Shown: positions 39,091 through 52,335 of the stretch, in pieces
Numbering within the stretch: the first letter of the stretch is position 1
How the letters are laid out: each line of letters starts with the position of its first letter
From: Saccostrea echinata
Taxonomy: Eukaryota
Reading direction: 5' to 3'
Length of the DNA stretch: 64,000 nucleotides
Assembly (NCBI RefSeq): GCF_033153115.1
Contig: NW_026889750.1
Location: forward strand, 26,598,001-26,662,000
The notes under the pieces: model-generated
Seen by the model: the letters and a program-made list of their open reading frames with translations, nothing else
What the model was told of the DNA's origin: nothing
Databases searched by the model: none
Program-made: the position numbers and the translations under genes

Positions 39091-40515
39091 AAAATCCAAA
39101 GGCTGTCAAATATATAAGCAAGGAATCTTGTGTTACATACTAGATCCAATTTTATCTTTTAAAAAAAACTACAAGGCTTATTATGCGTATTATCCTTTTT
39201 TAGAACAAGACTACAAACTGTCTATTTTATCTTCAAGAATTCTGATATCGAGTAAATTCAAGATCATTCATACATGTACCATGGCACTGAGGAGCGTACA
39301 AAGTGGGTCCAAAGTTTTCATAGAAAAGTTAAGGAAAATAGTTTTAAGTCGTAGAGAAAAAAAGGCTACAGAATGGACAAATTTAGGAGCAAATATCCTC
39401 ATGTAGTGTAAAAATAATCCATGACTCCAAATGCTAGGATTTAGAGGTCGAAAGTTTGTCAACGAAATAACAAAGAAAAAGAAAATGCTTGCATAATCAT
39501 TTACGCCTAGATTAAAAATGGTGCCACAGAAGGGATCCAAATTTTGCATAGAAATGTAATGTGGAACTCTTCAAAAATCCTTTTCTCAAGAAAAACAAGA
39601 CCACTATTTAATAAATTTATTTGCAAGCATCTTCATGTTGAGAGGATCAAGTTTCTTCAACAAGTCGCCAAACGATACTTAGGAGGCAATGAAAGGAATC
39701 AAAATTTGAAAAGGAGAATCTTTTTAAATCTTCTCAAGAACTACAGGGCCACCAACCTGTCCAATTTATCTGCTGGTATCATCACGCAGTCCAAAATCAC
39801 TTGTCTTCAATACTTCTCCCTGAAAGAAAAGGTTAGAAGTCAGTGATTAAAATTATAGGGAAAACATCTTTTAAAATACAACTTATTAATTTAATTTTAA
39901 AAGGCTCTTTTGTGGTTAATATTCATATAATTAGATTGTTAGTATTCAAATTATCATATCAACGAAAGTGCAACTTAACAGATATTTAAACTTTTCTAAG
40001 CTTTTGAAATGCTACACATGCAAAGCATTTGTACTATTATTTTATTTGAAAAAAAAAATGTAGCCAATGCTCATATTTTTTGTAGATTATCAGAAAGCTA
40101 ATATTTTTCTTCAAATATGGAAAATGTTAATTTATTTTATCAGAAGACTTTTAAGTTTTCAAAATCTGTATCTTTATTTCGTTAAAGGAAGTGTTTTGCA
40201 TATTTAAAGAAAAATGAACGTTTCATACCTTGAAACTTTTAAGTTAATTTCAATTAAAGTTCAAGATACATGTTGTTGGTTTACGGCAAGACATTAAATA
40301 GAAGTAATCAGATCTAGAAACTTTATGGCCATCAAATTTTGCCTTAAGTTTCATATGTCTTCCCTGACAAATGATTATATAGATACCGACAACAACTGTG
40401 GCCTTGACTTTTAAACAATATTTTCACAATATTTATTCTACAATAAACAAGCTAGTAAATTGTATCAAGCTGTTGTTGAGGAAATCTAAAAATCTTCTCT
40501 TCACTAAGAATGCTT

Positions 40516-40662
40516 TGTTACAATGCCAAAAGTAATAACAATGCAAAATGTAATAAACTGGGATTATTACATTTTGCGTTAATACATTTTGCGTCGAGAT
40601 CAACGCAGAATGTAATAACGCGAAATATAAAAAAAATACTTATTACATTTCGCGTTGTAACA
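40516..40662. mobile_element. 147-bp MITE with TGTTACA..TGTAACA ends and a 6-bp TSD
   Basis: ATGCTT at 40510-15 and 40663-68; internal acgcaaaatgtaataa repeats in both orientations. Confidence 0.8.
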
Positions 40663-40684
40663 ATGCTTGTAATACATAATGTTT

Positions 40685-40812
40685 TGTAGTTGGATATGGA
40701 ATTTATTTCACAAGTGGGACAATTTTAGGCTGTATTACGATCGCGAAGTGCGAGTACAAACATTAAAAAAAATCCAGTCTCACGAGTGAAATAAATTCCT
40801 TATTCAACTACA
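40685..40812. repeat. Inverted repeat with 35-bp arms, possibly a Crypton-like non-autonomous end
   Basis: tgtagttggatatggaatttatttcacaagtggga / tctcacgagtgaaataaattccttattcaactaca. The family assignment is tentative. Confidence 0.55.
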
Positions 40813-42351
40813 AGATATTGAACTTTCTATTTATTACATTTTCTTTGATTTTTCCCTTTACCTCTGTCTTTTTGTAACGCTGTGTCATACGCTGTGACGT
40901 CAAATTGAGCGGTCGAGACGTCATAGCTTAGCAAAAGCGAATATCGGGAAATATCTTTTAAATGATGCGTAACCTGTGCAACTTTTGTAAACAAATCTGA
41001 CAGTAAGGTCTGAAGACGATTAATTTCTTCTGCAAAAAATCTTTTAACGCCTGATTTTAAGAATTTTTTTTGCAGAACGTGGTTTGCGCGTATCAGGATA
41101 TCGAAAATATGAGTTGTTAGATTAGCTCGTGAAGCGGTTAAATTAAATTTTCAGCCAAAATGAATGTGCAGACCAGAGCTGTTGAAACGTAGAACTGTCA
41201 AAGTCGTAAAGTATCCCCATCTAAATTATTACATGAGATGATTGTTTAGATGAAATACGGTAACCGTTTATTCGAGGCGTATGATGTCCATTAGTATTTA
41301 AAGGTCATAGGAGACAATTACCTGAACATATTGAGTTACATACGGGAATAAGTTCATATGAGCTTGTAAAATAAGACTGAAGTTGTTTTTTGGATTTTTA
41401 ACGCAAGATAGCTACAGCACAGTCGATCAAAATTACTCAGTCGTGAAAATTCACTTTGACTAACGTTGCTTATCTCCCTTAGCATATGACGTCAGTAAGG
41501 CCCAATCGCTGTTCAAAGCTATGCATTGTTTACAAACTATCATGTCATTTTACAGCTTAATTTTTAAAGATATCATAATCATGGCTAAAACCTAGTATAA
41601 ATATACGATCTTCAAACAAGCAAGTATTTCTTTTTAAAAATTCCATTGCATATTTGCAAGATGTTTGCATGTTTTATCAATCAAAATGTGATCATTTTCA
41701 TCGTTTGACACTTCGATCTATTGAGAGAAAAATAAAGCAATCGAGAGAGAGAAAGAAGGGAGAGTGAGAATGAATTCTTTTTTCATAACCAGGGCAGTTG
41801 TTTTTATGAAATCATTTATTTACAACCTAGTTTTACTTTCACACAGAGTCCAACACTGTCAGTATGACACTTTTTTTGACAAACAATACGTACCTGCTGC
41901 GTTAAGTATCATATGACTTTAAAAAAAAAAAACAAGAAAAAAATTTCTTGTGATACTGTTTTATATAATTAAATCAATTCTTATCATTTGACACTGTCTT
42001 AATATTCACTTACTCATGTACAACATCACCACCAATACCCGATCTCTGGCGCCCCCCTCCCATCCCCCTTGTTATTTCTTATTTCTTTCATTTTGTAATT
42101 GAAAGTTCTTGAAATAATCGTGTCGTTTTTAAACACACTGCAGATGGGTTAAAAACAACTCTGGCAAGAACTTTACGTAAACTTGTATATATATATGGGA
42201 GTTAGTACAAACGACGTTTAAAAAAAAAAGCAGCTCTAACATGTGGAAATATATCTATGAAGAATAAGGATTCTACCAAAATCATTATCATAGATCAGTA
42301 CTTATCATCGTATACAAACCTGTTTATTTTTCCAGTGTGCATTATATTTAT

Positions 42352-42389
<38 letters not shown>

Positions 42390-42617
42390 TAAAGGATATA
42401 ATTTCGAAAGTTTTAGCATCTGTTAAAAAGAACATTAATATTGAAATTGTAGTGTCGCAAATGATGGATGGATTTTCAAACTGATCACGGACTGTACTGT
42501 TCACTACTATACATACCGATTATTTCAAAATTCGATATTTTAGAGTCAAACCGTGTCTGCACAAAGTATCGGCATCGTAACAATCTCATCTGCTCTGGGC
42601 TCAACATTTCTTCTTTT

Positions 42618-42622
42618 TATAT

Positions 42623-42707
<85 letters not shown>
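42618..42707. repeat. (TA)n microsatellite
   Basis: Read directly from the sequence. Confidence 0.95.
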
Positions 42708-42710
<3 letters not shown>

Positions 42711-43040
42711 TTTTTACAGCAATATGTGTGTTTCGGATCGGGGAATACGAAACTTCAAAGACGTTGACATTTTCAGTGGTTCACGCTTATCATGGACTTC
42801 AATACCACCGGCCCCGTGTTTATTTTGGGGAATCACATTAGAGATATTCCCCATATAAGTGTCATATTCTTTCTTAACAGAATATTATAGGCTTAATCAA
42901 AATTTTTATTCATATCATAAAAGGTCACTTTTAATAAATTATTCTATTTTATGTTGCATTATGCGATTTTTCTTGGAATAAAAAACGACTTATTAACTTT
43001 TTTTAATGACGATGGAATCCTTTTGGAATATCGTATATGT

Positions 43041-43261
43041 TTGTTTGTTTGTTTGTATGTTGTTTAACGTCCCTCTAGAGAATTTTTCACTCATGTGGAG
43101 ACGTACGCCACCACTTGCCGGTGGAGAGCTGCAAATTTTGTCCTATACTCGGCACTTACGGCCATTAAGCAGTGAGGGATCTTTTTCGTGCCAGCACCTA
43201 CTGCGACACGGGACCTCGGTTTATACGGTCTCATCCGAAGGACCGGTCTCCACGTCCCACA
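43041..43261 (-). mobile_element. tRNA-SINE family A, 5'-truncated
   Basis: Matches the 52336 copy; (AAAC)n tail; TSD ggaat(a/g)tcgtatatgt. Confidence 0.85.
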
Positions 43262-44500
43262 GGAATGTCGTATATGTGTATTAAACAGGGAAATATTTTT
43301 TTGTTTCTAAAGGTTTGATGCAGAGTAAGTAATCGAAGTTGTAGCTTAATTTAAGCATAATTTTATATAGGATATCCATCAGCATCATCCTCCGATAAAA
43401 AGCCCCCGTTTTGAGTCGCCGTGCCTTATTAACGACTCGTTCAAACTGAATTGACTGAACTACGAAATCAGATAACTCACCTGAAAACATAGATACATTT
43501 ATATTTACAAAAATAGCTTAAATTAACTAGATAAAAATATAGTGGAAATACATTAGTCTAATGCTCTGTTTACATCAGTGGGCTCTTGTGACGTCATAAA
43601 ACCACAAAATCAAGAACGATAAGCGGGTAAGAAAAGTAACAAGTGGAAAAGTTTTCACCTTTATTTTTCGGTAGAACAAAGGCCAAAAAATATTACTACT
43701 CGTAATTTAACATTCTTTCATATATAACTTTAGGTTTAAAAAGTGAAATCCTAGTGTTAAGAATTGTTTCCTATGACCTTTAAATCCATGTAATATTGCC
43801 TGTGGACAAGTGAAAAACTTAAAAAGTTACATACCGTCTACATTCAAATGGCCACATCAGTAAGTAACCACATCCAAACTCGATTCCAGTCTCTGCTATA
43901 TCAGGAGTTTCTGTACTCCAGATGAACGACAAGACAGCTGACCCTTACAAAATGTAATAACCCAACAGAATGCAAGTTCTCGCAGGAGAGTGCATATGTG
44001 TTGCATATGTACTATGTACCAAATATAAACTCATCTGGCAAACTAAACATTTGAAATGGGCGGGCAACGATTCGAAGCGGAATCTTAGAAAACATTGTTC
44101 AAAGTTAACTTTAATCCACCTAAGCTATTATCGTACACACGTGTTGATGATTGATCCAGAATACCACTATTTTTTTCAATTTCCAAATATTAAATGATAC
44201 ATGTAAATATCAAATTTTGGAAATAACTAATTAGATCTGTACTTGAAAATATAAACAATCTGCTTTCCAATGCCAAGAAAATATTTACATTACAATGACT
44301 TGTGACAAGCCTTTCTGTGTCCGATTTGCTAGTACATCTAAGTGAATCAGACCTTTGGCTAGCAATTTAAGTGCATGAAAGGGAGTTTTTGAGTTTGAGT
44401 AGCCACCAGCACCCCCTTTTGGTCAAACAAGAAAATAAAACTATAATCTTTCTGGTCATCGTAGAAATAAATAATCTGTACTGCAAAGGCATTTGTGGAA

Positions 44501-44870
44501 TGTGGCGCTCACACAGGTTCGATCGCCGGTGGTCAGATACATGTCAGATACATGTAGTTCGGTTGATAGAGCATCTGACTGGAGATTCAGGGGGCGGTTT
44601 GAATCCCGGTTTGGTCCGTCGCAATTTTCTCCTTTCCTAATTTGGTGCCGTGTCATGCCTTGGAAGTGATCATGACAGGCGAAAAAATCTGCCACGGAAG
44701 AGCCTGGGTTGGTGCCTCGGGGGTGAAGACATTTAAGTAGTGTGGTGGTCAAACGGGTTCGATCGCCGGTGGCCAAATAGCTCACTTGGTTGAGCACTTG
44801 ACTGGAGGTTCAGGGAGTCCGGGTTAAAATCCCGGTCAGGTCCGTCGCGTTTTTCTCCTTTCCTGATACA
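44501..44870 (+). mobile_element. TRIM-sized LTR element with tRNA-like LTRs (Ajax-type)
   Basis: Two ~130-140-bp direct repeats (44501-44641, 44741-44870) start TGTGG, the second ends ..ATACA, and each has A/B-box-like motifs. PBS tggtgccgtg at 44643 is complementary to the tRNA-His 3' end. No TSD found. Confidence 0.7.
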
Positions 44871-44924
44871 CATGAAATAAAAAAAAATCACTGATTCACC
44901 AAAATTAATCCCCCCCCCTTTTTT

Positions 44925-45940
44925 TTTTAGCTCTACTGGTCAGAAATCAGAAGAGCTTATGCAATAGTAAGGTGTCCGTCTGTCTGTAAACAATTTTTCA
45001 AAATGCTACTCCATCTGCAGTTTTAGTCTGATTTCAATATAACTTGGCACACAAGTAGACTACACTAAGATACATAATTCTGTTTATCGGTTTTTGATTT
45101 CGATGAACGGTGTTGCCATGGTTACTAAAAATAGGGATTTCTGGGAAGTACTTTGAAAACGCTACTCCTCCTACAGTTTTGGTCTGATTTCGATATAACT
45201 TAGCACACAAGTAGACTATATTAATTCTGTATATCAGTTTTTGATTTCTATGAACGGTGTTGCCATTGTTACTAAAAACAGAAATTTGTTTGAAATACTT
45301 TCAGAACGCTACTCATCCTACAGTTTTGATCTGATTTTCAATATAGTAGATTAGGCTATGATACATAATTCTATATATAATTTTTTGATTTCGATGAACG
45401 GTGTTGCCATGGTTACTAAAAATAGAAATTTCTGTGAAACTCTTTCAAAACCCTTCTCCTCCTACAGTTTTGGTCTGATTTCTGTATAACTTGGCACACA
45501 AGCAGACTACACTAAGATACATAACTCTGTAAATCGTTTTTTTTTTATTTTGATGAACGGTGTTGCCATTGTTACAAACAGAAATTTCCTTGAAATACTT
45601 TCAAAATACTATACTCCTCATACAGTTTTAATCTAATTTCAGTATAACTACACTAAGATACAAAATAGTCTTTATTGTTTTTCGATTTTGTTGAATGATG
45701 TTGCCATGATTACTAAAATAGAAATTTCTGTAAAATTCCTTTAAAAGGCTACTCCTCCTACAGATTTAGTCTGATTGCAATAAATCTTAATAATACAAAA
45801 ATCTCAATAAAACAAAAAGAGACTACACCAAGAATCATTATTCTATGTATTGCTGTTGCTAAGTTTCAAGTCCATCTTCCATTGTTATAATTAAGTACAA
45901 ACCAGTAGAGCCACAGTCTCGTCAGAGACTTCTGGTTTTT
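44925..45940 (+). mobile_element. HINE with ~150-bp tandem repeats, about 5-6 units
   Basis: Head ttagctctactggt, GTCY tract, repeated atgaacggtgttgccatggttactaaaa, 3' subTIR accagtagagc and hairpin agtctcgtcagagact. Confidence 0.8.
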
Positions 45941-46507
45941 TAAATCTAAAGGTTGTCCCCTGAAAGACATTTTCTATACTAGTACATTCACTCGATTTAA
46001 AAAACATTAAATAGGAATTTTTTTGTTTTATTTCAAAAATATTGTAGACATGCATGTAAAGTGATATCATTTGCCTTCTGAATCAGTCATTAACACACTG
46101 CTTATGAGAATAGCTTAGATGGATTGAAAATTAATTTTGAGCTAGAATTTCGAATGTTTTCTCAGACTTCCGGGTTGAATTGTACTCAATGATTTTATTG
46201 TTTTGACTGTAGCAGATGGAAACATTTCCAAACTTGCCTGTTGATGAAAACACAGGAACAGCAGTTCTTTTAGATATAATGATACTTTTAAAAATTATAA
46301 AGCTTTAGAAAAGGTATTAAACAATTTACACATTCAAAAATCTACAATTATTTATTAACACAAGTAAGAATACATAATAATTACAAAAGTTGTTTAGAAG
46401 AAAGAGTCACTGCATGAATAACAGGAGCACGTTTTGACATACATGCAATCAATATCAGTACTACATATTTTTTGTAATGGTGATGGTACATGTACTAATG
46501 AACAATT

Positions 46508-46712
46508 GGACGTGGAGACCGGTCCTTCGGATGAGACCGTATGAACCGAAGTCCCGTGTCGCAGTGCATGCTGGTACGAGAAAGATCCCTCACTGCTCAA
46601 GGGCTGTGGGTACTGAGTACAGTTCTTGTGCAGCTCTCCGCAAGAGGTGGCGTCTCATTATAAGTGAAAAATTCTCGAATGGACGTTAAAACAAACAAAC
46701 AAAAACAAACTC
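46508..46712 (+). mobile_element. tRNA-SINE family A, 5'-truncated
   Basis: Body match, (AAAC)n tail, TSD atgaacaatt. Confidence 0.85.
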
Positions 46713-46887
46713 ATGAACAATTAAAGAATCGAACTGAGAAATAGATATACAAGAATTTGAAAGCAGGAAAATTGGCTGCACTTGCAGTATATTGATAGTT
46801 CTTGATTCAGAGAATGAATTTGAGGAAAATGTGTGTGAGAATGTGATTGAATTTGCTAAAAGAAAAAAAATTATACGTTAAATCCAA

Positions 46888-47328
46888 ATGCTTCATTTGA
46901 AGAGTTTTTTGATGCTCTCAGAAGTTATTTGGATAGAACTCTTGCAGTCAAATTTCAAACAGTACAGTTTCTTAAACTCATCAGATGTATGGCATCATCA
47001 AAGAGTAGATCGCATTACTGCATCATCTGTGTTCAACTGCTATTTCAGTGGTCGATATGAAAATGGTTGCCTTGATACGCAAATATTTGGTAAAAAATAT
47101 GCTACTTCAGAATCTACGTGTATACCTGCACTTGAATGTGGTAGAAAATATGAAGTAAATGCTAGAGATATATTTGAAGAATTAAATGTGAAAATTCACA
47201 CACATCTAAGATATTCGGCCGCAGACTTAATAATTCATGATGAGCTTTCTTTCATAGGCGCCTCACTTGATGGTTTACTAGAGGGTATCTCAAAAAAAAA
47301 AAAATCCAAAGGAGGCAACAGAATGTGA
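46888..47328 (+). pseudogene. YqaJ-like (lambda-exonuclease family) nuclease remnant, transposon-derived
   Basis: W...RVDRITASS, G.KYE..A and LIIHDELSFIGASLDG resemble the YqaJ motifs W..R..RITAS, G...E..A and LGASPDG. Confidence 0.65.
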
Positions 47329-47735
47329 TTTTAAAAAATTGAGTTGAGAAATGGATGTTCTGTTTTAAATTAAAACAGTAAATCTCAATATTATTGTCAA
47401 TTGCTGTGTTAATTGGCTGATAAAGCGAACATATTGTGTCTTTTTTAATACACACAGTCTTTTTTTTTCCTGAGAGAGTGCTCTTTGATAGACAAATATG
47501 GGAATATACATGTATGAAGGAAAAAAATTGTCAAGTATTATCAGACATATATTCTTCCAAAAATCATCAGCAAAAAGAATTGAAAAAAATGGGAATATAT
47601 GAAGGGAAAAAAATTGTAAAGTTTTATCAGACATGTATTCTTCCAAACATCATCAGCAAAAGGAAGTAAAAAAGTAGAATGTATTTTTTTCTTTATCATG
47701 AATAAGTAGTTTGTTGGGAAATTACAATACTTGAT

Positions 47736-48033
47736 GTCGCCCCGCGTGGCGCAGTTTTAGAGCGGTTGCTCTAGAGTCGCGGAGTAAGGAGTTCATCCAT
47801 ACCTCGCGGGTTCGAATCCCACTGTGGGACGTGAAGACCGGTCCTTCGGATGAGACCATATAAGCCGAAGTCCCGTGTCGCAGTAGGTGCTGGCACGAAA
47901 AAAGATCCCTCACTGCTCAATGATTGCAGAGCATAGGTCAAAATTTGCAGCTTTTCACCCGCAAGTGGTGGCGTCTCCATATGAGTGAAAATTCTCGAGA
48001 GGGACGTTAAACAACAAATTAATAAACAAGCAA
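47736..48033 (+). mobile_element. tRNA-SINE family A, full length
   Basis: A box tggcgcagt..tag, B box ggttcgaatccc, Deu/Nin-like core cttcggatgagacc..ccga..aaagatccc, TSD aca(a/g)tacttga. Confidence 0.88.
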
Positions 48034-48129
48034 ACAGTACTTGACTGGAGGGAACCTTAATATAGAATTTTAAAAAAGGAGTATGAAGTGCTTGCTTTAT
48101 TACATCAATCTCGTATCTCTAATTAAACT

Positions 48130-48384
48130 CAGTCGGAAGAGCGCTCGTTTCGTGATCGAAAAAATTCAAATCACAGCTGAGACTGACGTAAGTCGGTAAA
48201 AAATAGGTAGCAACTGTTCCTTCGCTAAGCGCTCGGAACTTTGAATTGAAAGTTGCGGGTCTTTCGGATGAGACCTTAAAAACCGAGGCCCCGTGTCACG
48301 GTAGGCGTTGGCACGATATAGAACCCTCACTGCTCAATGGAGTGAAAAATTCTCAAACGGGACGTAAAACAACATACAATCAAT
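48130..48384 (+). mobile_element. tRNA-SINE family B, internally deleted
   Basis: Shares core and tail with family A but has a different head; TSD tctaattaaact. Confidence 0.75.
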
Positions 48385-49987
48385 CTAATTAAACTTTCAT
48401 TTGAAACCTAAAGCTGATTTTTAAAAATTACATATTAGATGATGAAATCATTATATTTTTAGCTCTAATAACGACGAATTCAATGATCTTTCATTATACA
48501 AACATGTCCGGAAAATATATAGTTCTAATTATTCAGATATATATTATCCTCAGGTTCTTAAAATCAGCAGTTCACAATTGGAAATGCTCACAAATATTTC
48601 ACTGAATTCACAAAGTAATATGAATATATCCAGGTTATTTCTTTTTTATTTACTATTATAGTTAATCATATTATAAAGGGAAATCTTCAAATCCCAAATA
48701 TATTTTCAGGAAACATTAAAAAGCACCAATTAAGCGTTTTCTAATTGAAACAGTTGATGAACAAGTATATTTTAGGATAAAAACAACGATAGGTATCCAG
48801 GCAATCGGGAAAAATAGCATTGTTTGTTCCCCACTTTCGCGAAAGCGAAGGGACATTGAATCTCATTCGTCTGTCACAAAGACTTTAACCTTGGTCATAA
48901 CTTTTGAATGAGAAAAGATCGGGCTTTCATATTTCACATGTACATTACCTGTGACAAACCTCTCCAAATATACTATGATTTTTGACCTTTGACCATGAAA
49001 TTTGACCTACTTTTCAAAACTTTTAACATTATCAAAATTGGTCATAAAATTTGAATGAGAAAACATAGGGCTTTCATATTACGTATGTACATTACTTATG
49101 ACAAGGCCTTTCTAAATATATTGTCATGATTTTTAACACCGTGACCTTGAAGTTTCAAAATGTTGTTTGCTTATAACTTTTGATTAAGAAAAGACAGGGC
49201 TTTCATATTTGACCTGTGTGTAGTGTATTTGGGGTTGTTTTTATATTATAATTTAGATCGGGCTCGGGTGCCCATTTATCTCTCTCTCTCTCTCTTCCCG
49301 CCAAGCTGGGTGCAAGCCATGATGTCAGAGCTGCCTCATTTTGTAAGATAACGAATCAATTTTTTGTAATTAATACATTATTTTTTTACCTTAAGTGATT
49401 TGAAAGTCTTCATTCTATTGGGAAATCACTTTATTGGCGTCGCCGGTAGGATTTCTGACGGTCTTATGAGACTATAGCGTTTCTCTACTATAAACTACTT
49501 ACTTCAGTACTGTGATGGCGGAACAGAGACAAAACTATGGTAAAATTAATCCGCGATTTATTAGTGCCCGCTATATGCTATATAAATGTACAAATACAAT
49601 AATAACGGAGCTGACAGAGACAGGTCTGTACTCTGCAGCAGATAACAGAAAAAGAGAGCGAGGATAGGTACACGTCACGGCAGGTGCGTCGTGTACCACG
49701 TGGTTGGAGGTAGCAGGGCAATTCGTGCCCAGTACCTCCAAGACCACCACAAGACCGAAGCGGTGCCTAGGGGACACCGCGAGGTCTGGCCACGTGCAGT
49801 TGATAATGTTCTAATATTATGTCGGCGGAATAGAATCAGGTATAAGTAATAAAATTTGCAAGAAATCAGTGATTTGAATATGTAGTTATGTGAATTGATT
49901 TTTCTGTTGAATTGTGATGTTTTTGTGCACTAGGGCAGTAGGTCAACCCAAACTTTAATCTGTTGTCAGTTGTCCCAAAAAGGAGTT

Positions 49988-52025
49988 ATGAGTGAAAAGA
50001 AAAGGTTATTTGGTCGAGTTAAGGAGAGTCCTGAACGCATGAGTGGCATGGGTGTCCTGGGGGGCAAGGTAGCTAGGTCGGGTGGTTTGGCAGGGGCCCA
50101 GGGGCAGGATGCTAATGCATGTGGTGGCTCTCAACCTGAAAGGGTAGACCAACTTTTCGGGTTGTTGACTCCGTTTAGACCACCAGTATTTAGTACCCCA
50201 GGTATTAGAGAGGGTGAGAATAGTACTGTAGTTGGGGAAGTAGATATGCCCCTCACCCTTGGGAGTAATGATAGGCCTGTAATAAATACAACCACTGACA
50301 TGGGGACAACTGGGGGTGGAGAACATCAGAGCTCTGGGGCTATACCGAGCAATTATCAGACCCAATTATCCAAGTTGACCCAGATTCTTGTAGGGAAGTC
50401 AGAGTCCTCAGGAGGTAGCCACTCCCTGGAATCTAGTTTTAGGGAGGATAGCCATAGTACTGCAGTGAACAGGCCCCCTTGAGTAGCCCCACAGGGAATC
50501 CTGGGTCAGGTGTCTTCTCTTACGTGACTAATGTACCAAGCAACACCCAGGTTACATGTACCAGCACTAGTGTAGTGTTCTCACATGGGGGTCAATCTGA
50601 ACGGAGCAGTAAAAAGAGACAGTGTAGGGTCTCCTTTTCAGATGGGTATGGTGGTAACCCAGTAATTTCTCCCAGTCAAAGTGTTGGTCAGGGGAGTGGG
50701 TTTAGCCATGCTTCAGGCATAAATAGGGTTAGGACACAGTCGCACAACATTAAGGGGGCAGTGTCCTGGGTGGAGCCCAATTATAGTATCCTAGGTCCAT
50801 CACATCCATGTATGTCAGATTACTCTATGCCCCAGGAGGCATATGCATATACAAGTAGGGAATCCCCCGGGACTCAGAGTCACTCATGTTCAGCATCGGG
50901 GCAGAGGTTTTTTAGGGGTCAGACACGAATTGGGGCTGTGCCAGTCAGTTCGAGAGTCCAGCTGTGGATCTTGAGCCAAAAGAGAGTAATGTATTAGGTG
51001 TGCCTCTTTGCAGTAGGGAAAATACCCCTGGAAGACTCTTGGGGTCATCTCATAGTGACTCGTTAAGATTTGGGCGTAATATCCCAGCAGAGGCTAAGAG
51101 TTTAAGGTACACGGGTAGCTTAGAGTGGGGTTTGTTCTATGCTAAGTTTAGGACTTTGGCTAGGTATTATGGGTGGAACGATGATGACAGTCTGTTAGCT
51201 CTTAGCATCTCGGTAGAGGGGCTTGCACTCAGATATTTTCACCTTCTCTCCTCGCATGGTGAGGATATGAATTTTGGCGAAATAGTGTCCCGGTTTGAGC
51301 AGCGTTTTGGGAAGAGCACACTTCAAGTAGCTCCACAGGTTGAGTTTAACTCTATGACTCAGCAGGCGGAAGAGAGTTTAGAGCAGTGGAGCGATCGTGT
51401 CATGGAGACCGCGCAACATGCTCTAGGGGCGAGAGTCCGGGGACAAGTGCTCCAGGAGCAGGCAGTCCTGCGGTTCGCGATTGGCTGACTGGATGCACGA
51501 GTCGGTAGGAGACTGTTAGACAATCCCCTGTTAATTTAGATGAGGCTGTTCGTCGTGTAAAGACTTATCAGCTAAGCCGCCAAGCCCTTACCCCTCCTCA
51601 CATAGGGGTGCGCTCTGTCTCGTTAGACAGTCAGTTGTCAGGTGCAGAGCGGTCAAGTTCTCCCCGACCAGCTCCATACAGGACGTCCCATAAAACCTGC
51701 AGTGGCCAGAACTTGCTGAAGTCCAAGCTAAGTCCTTATAATAAGTCAGTACATAGTAATGAACAAAAGACCTCAAGGCAAGCAAGGGGACTCTTTCCCC
51801 AGGTCACGCAAGCGTCGACGACGGTCAGGTCTATGTTTCAAATGCCTTCAGCCTGGGCATTTCCGTCGTGAGTGTCCAGAAAGATTCAAGTCTGAGTCCT
51901 CAACTTCTTCAAATGAAGGTGGTGAGACTTGGAGCAATAGGAACAAGTCAGAGCCGCTGAACAGACCCCAGGCCTCTGCAGGCCAGGGGCAAAAGAGGCT
52001 CAAAAACCACAAGATGTCACTGTGA
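49988..52025 (+). pseudogene. gag: gag with a long low-complexity N-terminus, capsid-like domain and CCHC knuckle (frameshifted)
   Basis: YTGSLEWGLFYAKFRTLARYYGWNDD..., Q..EESLEQWSDRV, CFKCLQPGHFRRECP. Confidence 0.85.
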
Positions 52026-52335
52026 AGGGCTGGGGAACCTGGTTCCACAAGACTAATTAGAAGGTTCATGCCCCTTGTTCTTTGAGTGGGGCTAATCAGG
52101 TGACTCATTGCCATTATTTTTAAGTTGATTCTTGGTGTCCTGATGCAGATGTGAGACGGTGTTCTGTGTTCCGGAAGTCCAGGGAGGATCCATAATGGCG
52201 CGTTCGCGAACACCGCCAGAAGCAGATGGTCCGAAAGAACTGGGATTTGTGTTGAACTGTTAGTTTGTTAAGCAAAACATAATTTGGACAGTTAATGTTA
52301 AAAAGATTTATTGTGAGTTTTATATTATGTAAGCG

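Larger units (their letters stand above)
41302..43779. mobile_element. Kolobok-like non-autonomous DNA transposon
   Basis: TTAA|aggtcataggagacaatt ... aattgtttcctatgacct|TTAA: purine termini with a TTAA TSD. Confidence 0.75.

Noticed and set aside
42257-42858. ORFs with poly-F or (YI)n tracts
   Set aside because: Translations of poly-T and (TA)n microsatellites.
43006-43284. Recurrent ORF 'PPLAGGELQILSYTRHLRPLSSEGSFSCQHLLRHG' at several loci
   Set aside because: Antisense translation of the SINE; not coding.
44760-44845. Tandem tRNA genes
   Set aside because: Degenerate stems, embedded in TG..CA direct repeats with a PBS, so these are TRIM LTRs.
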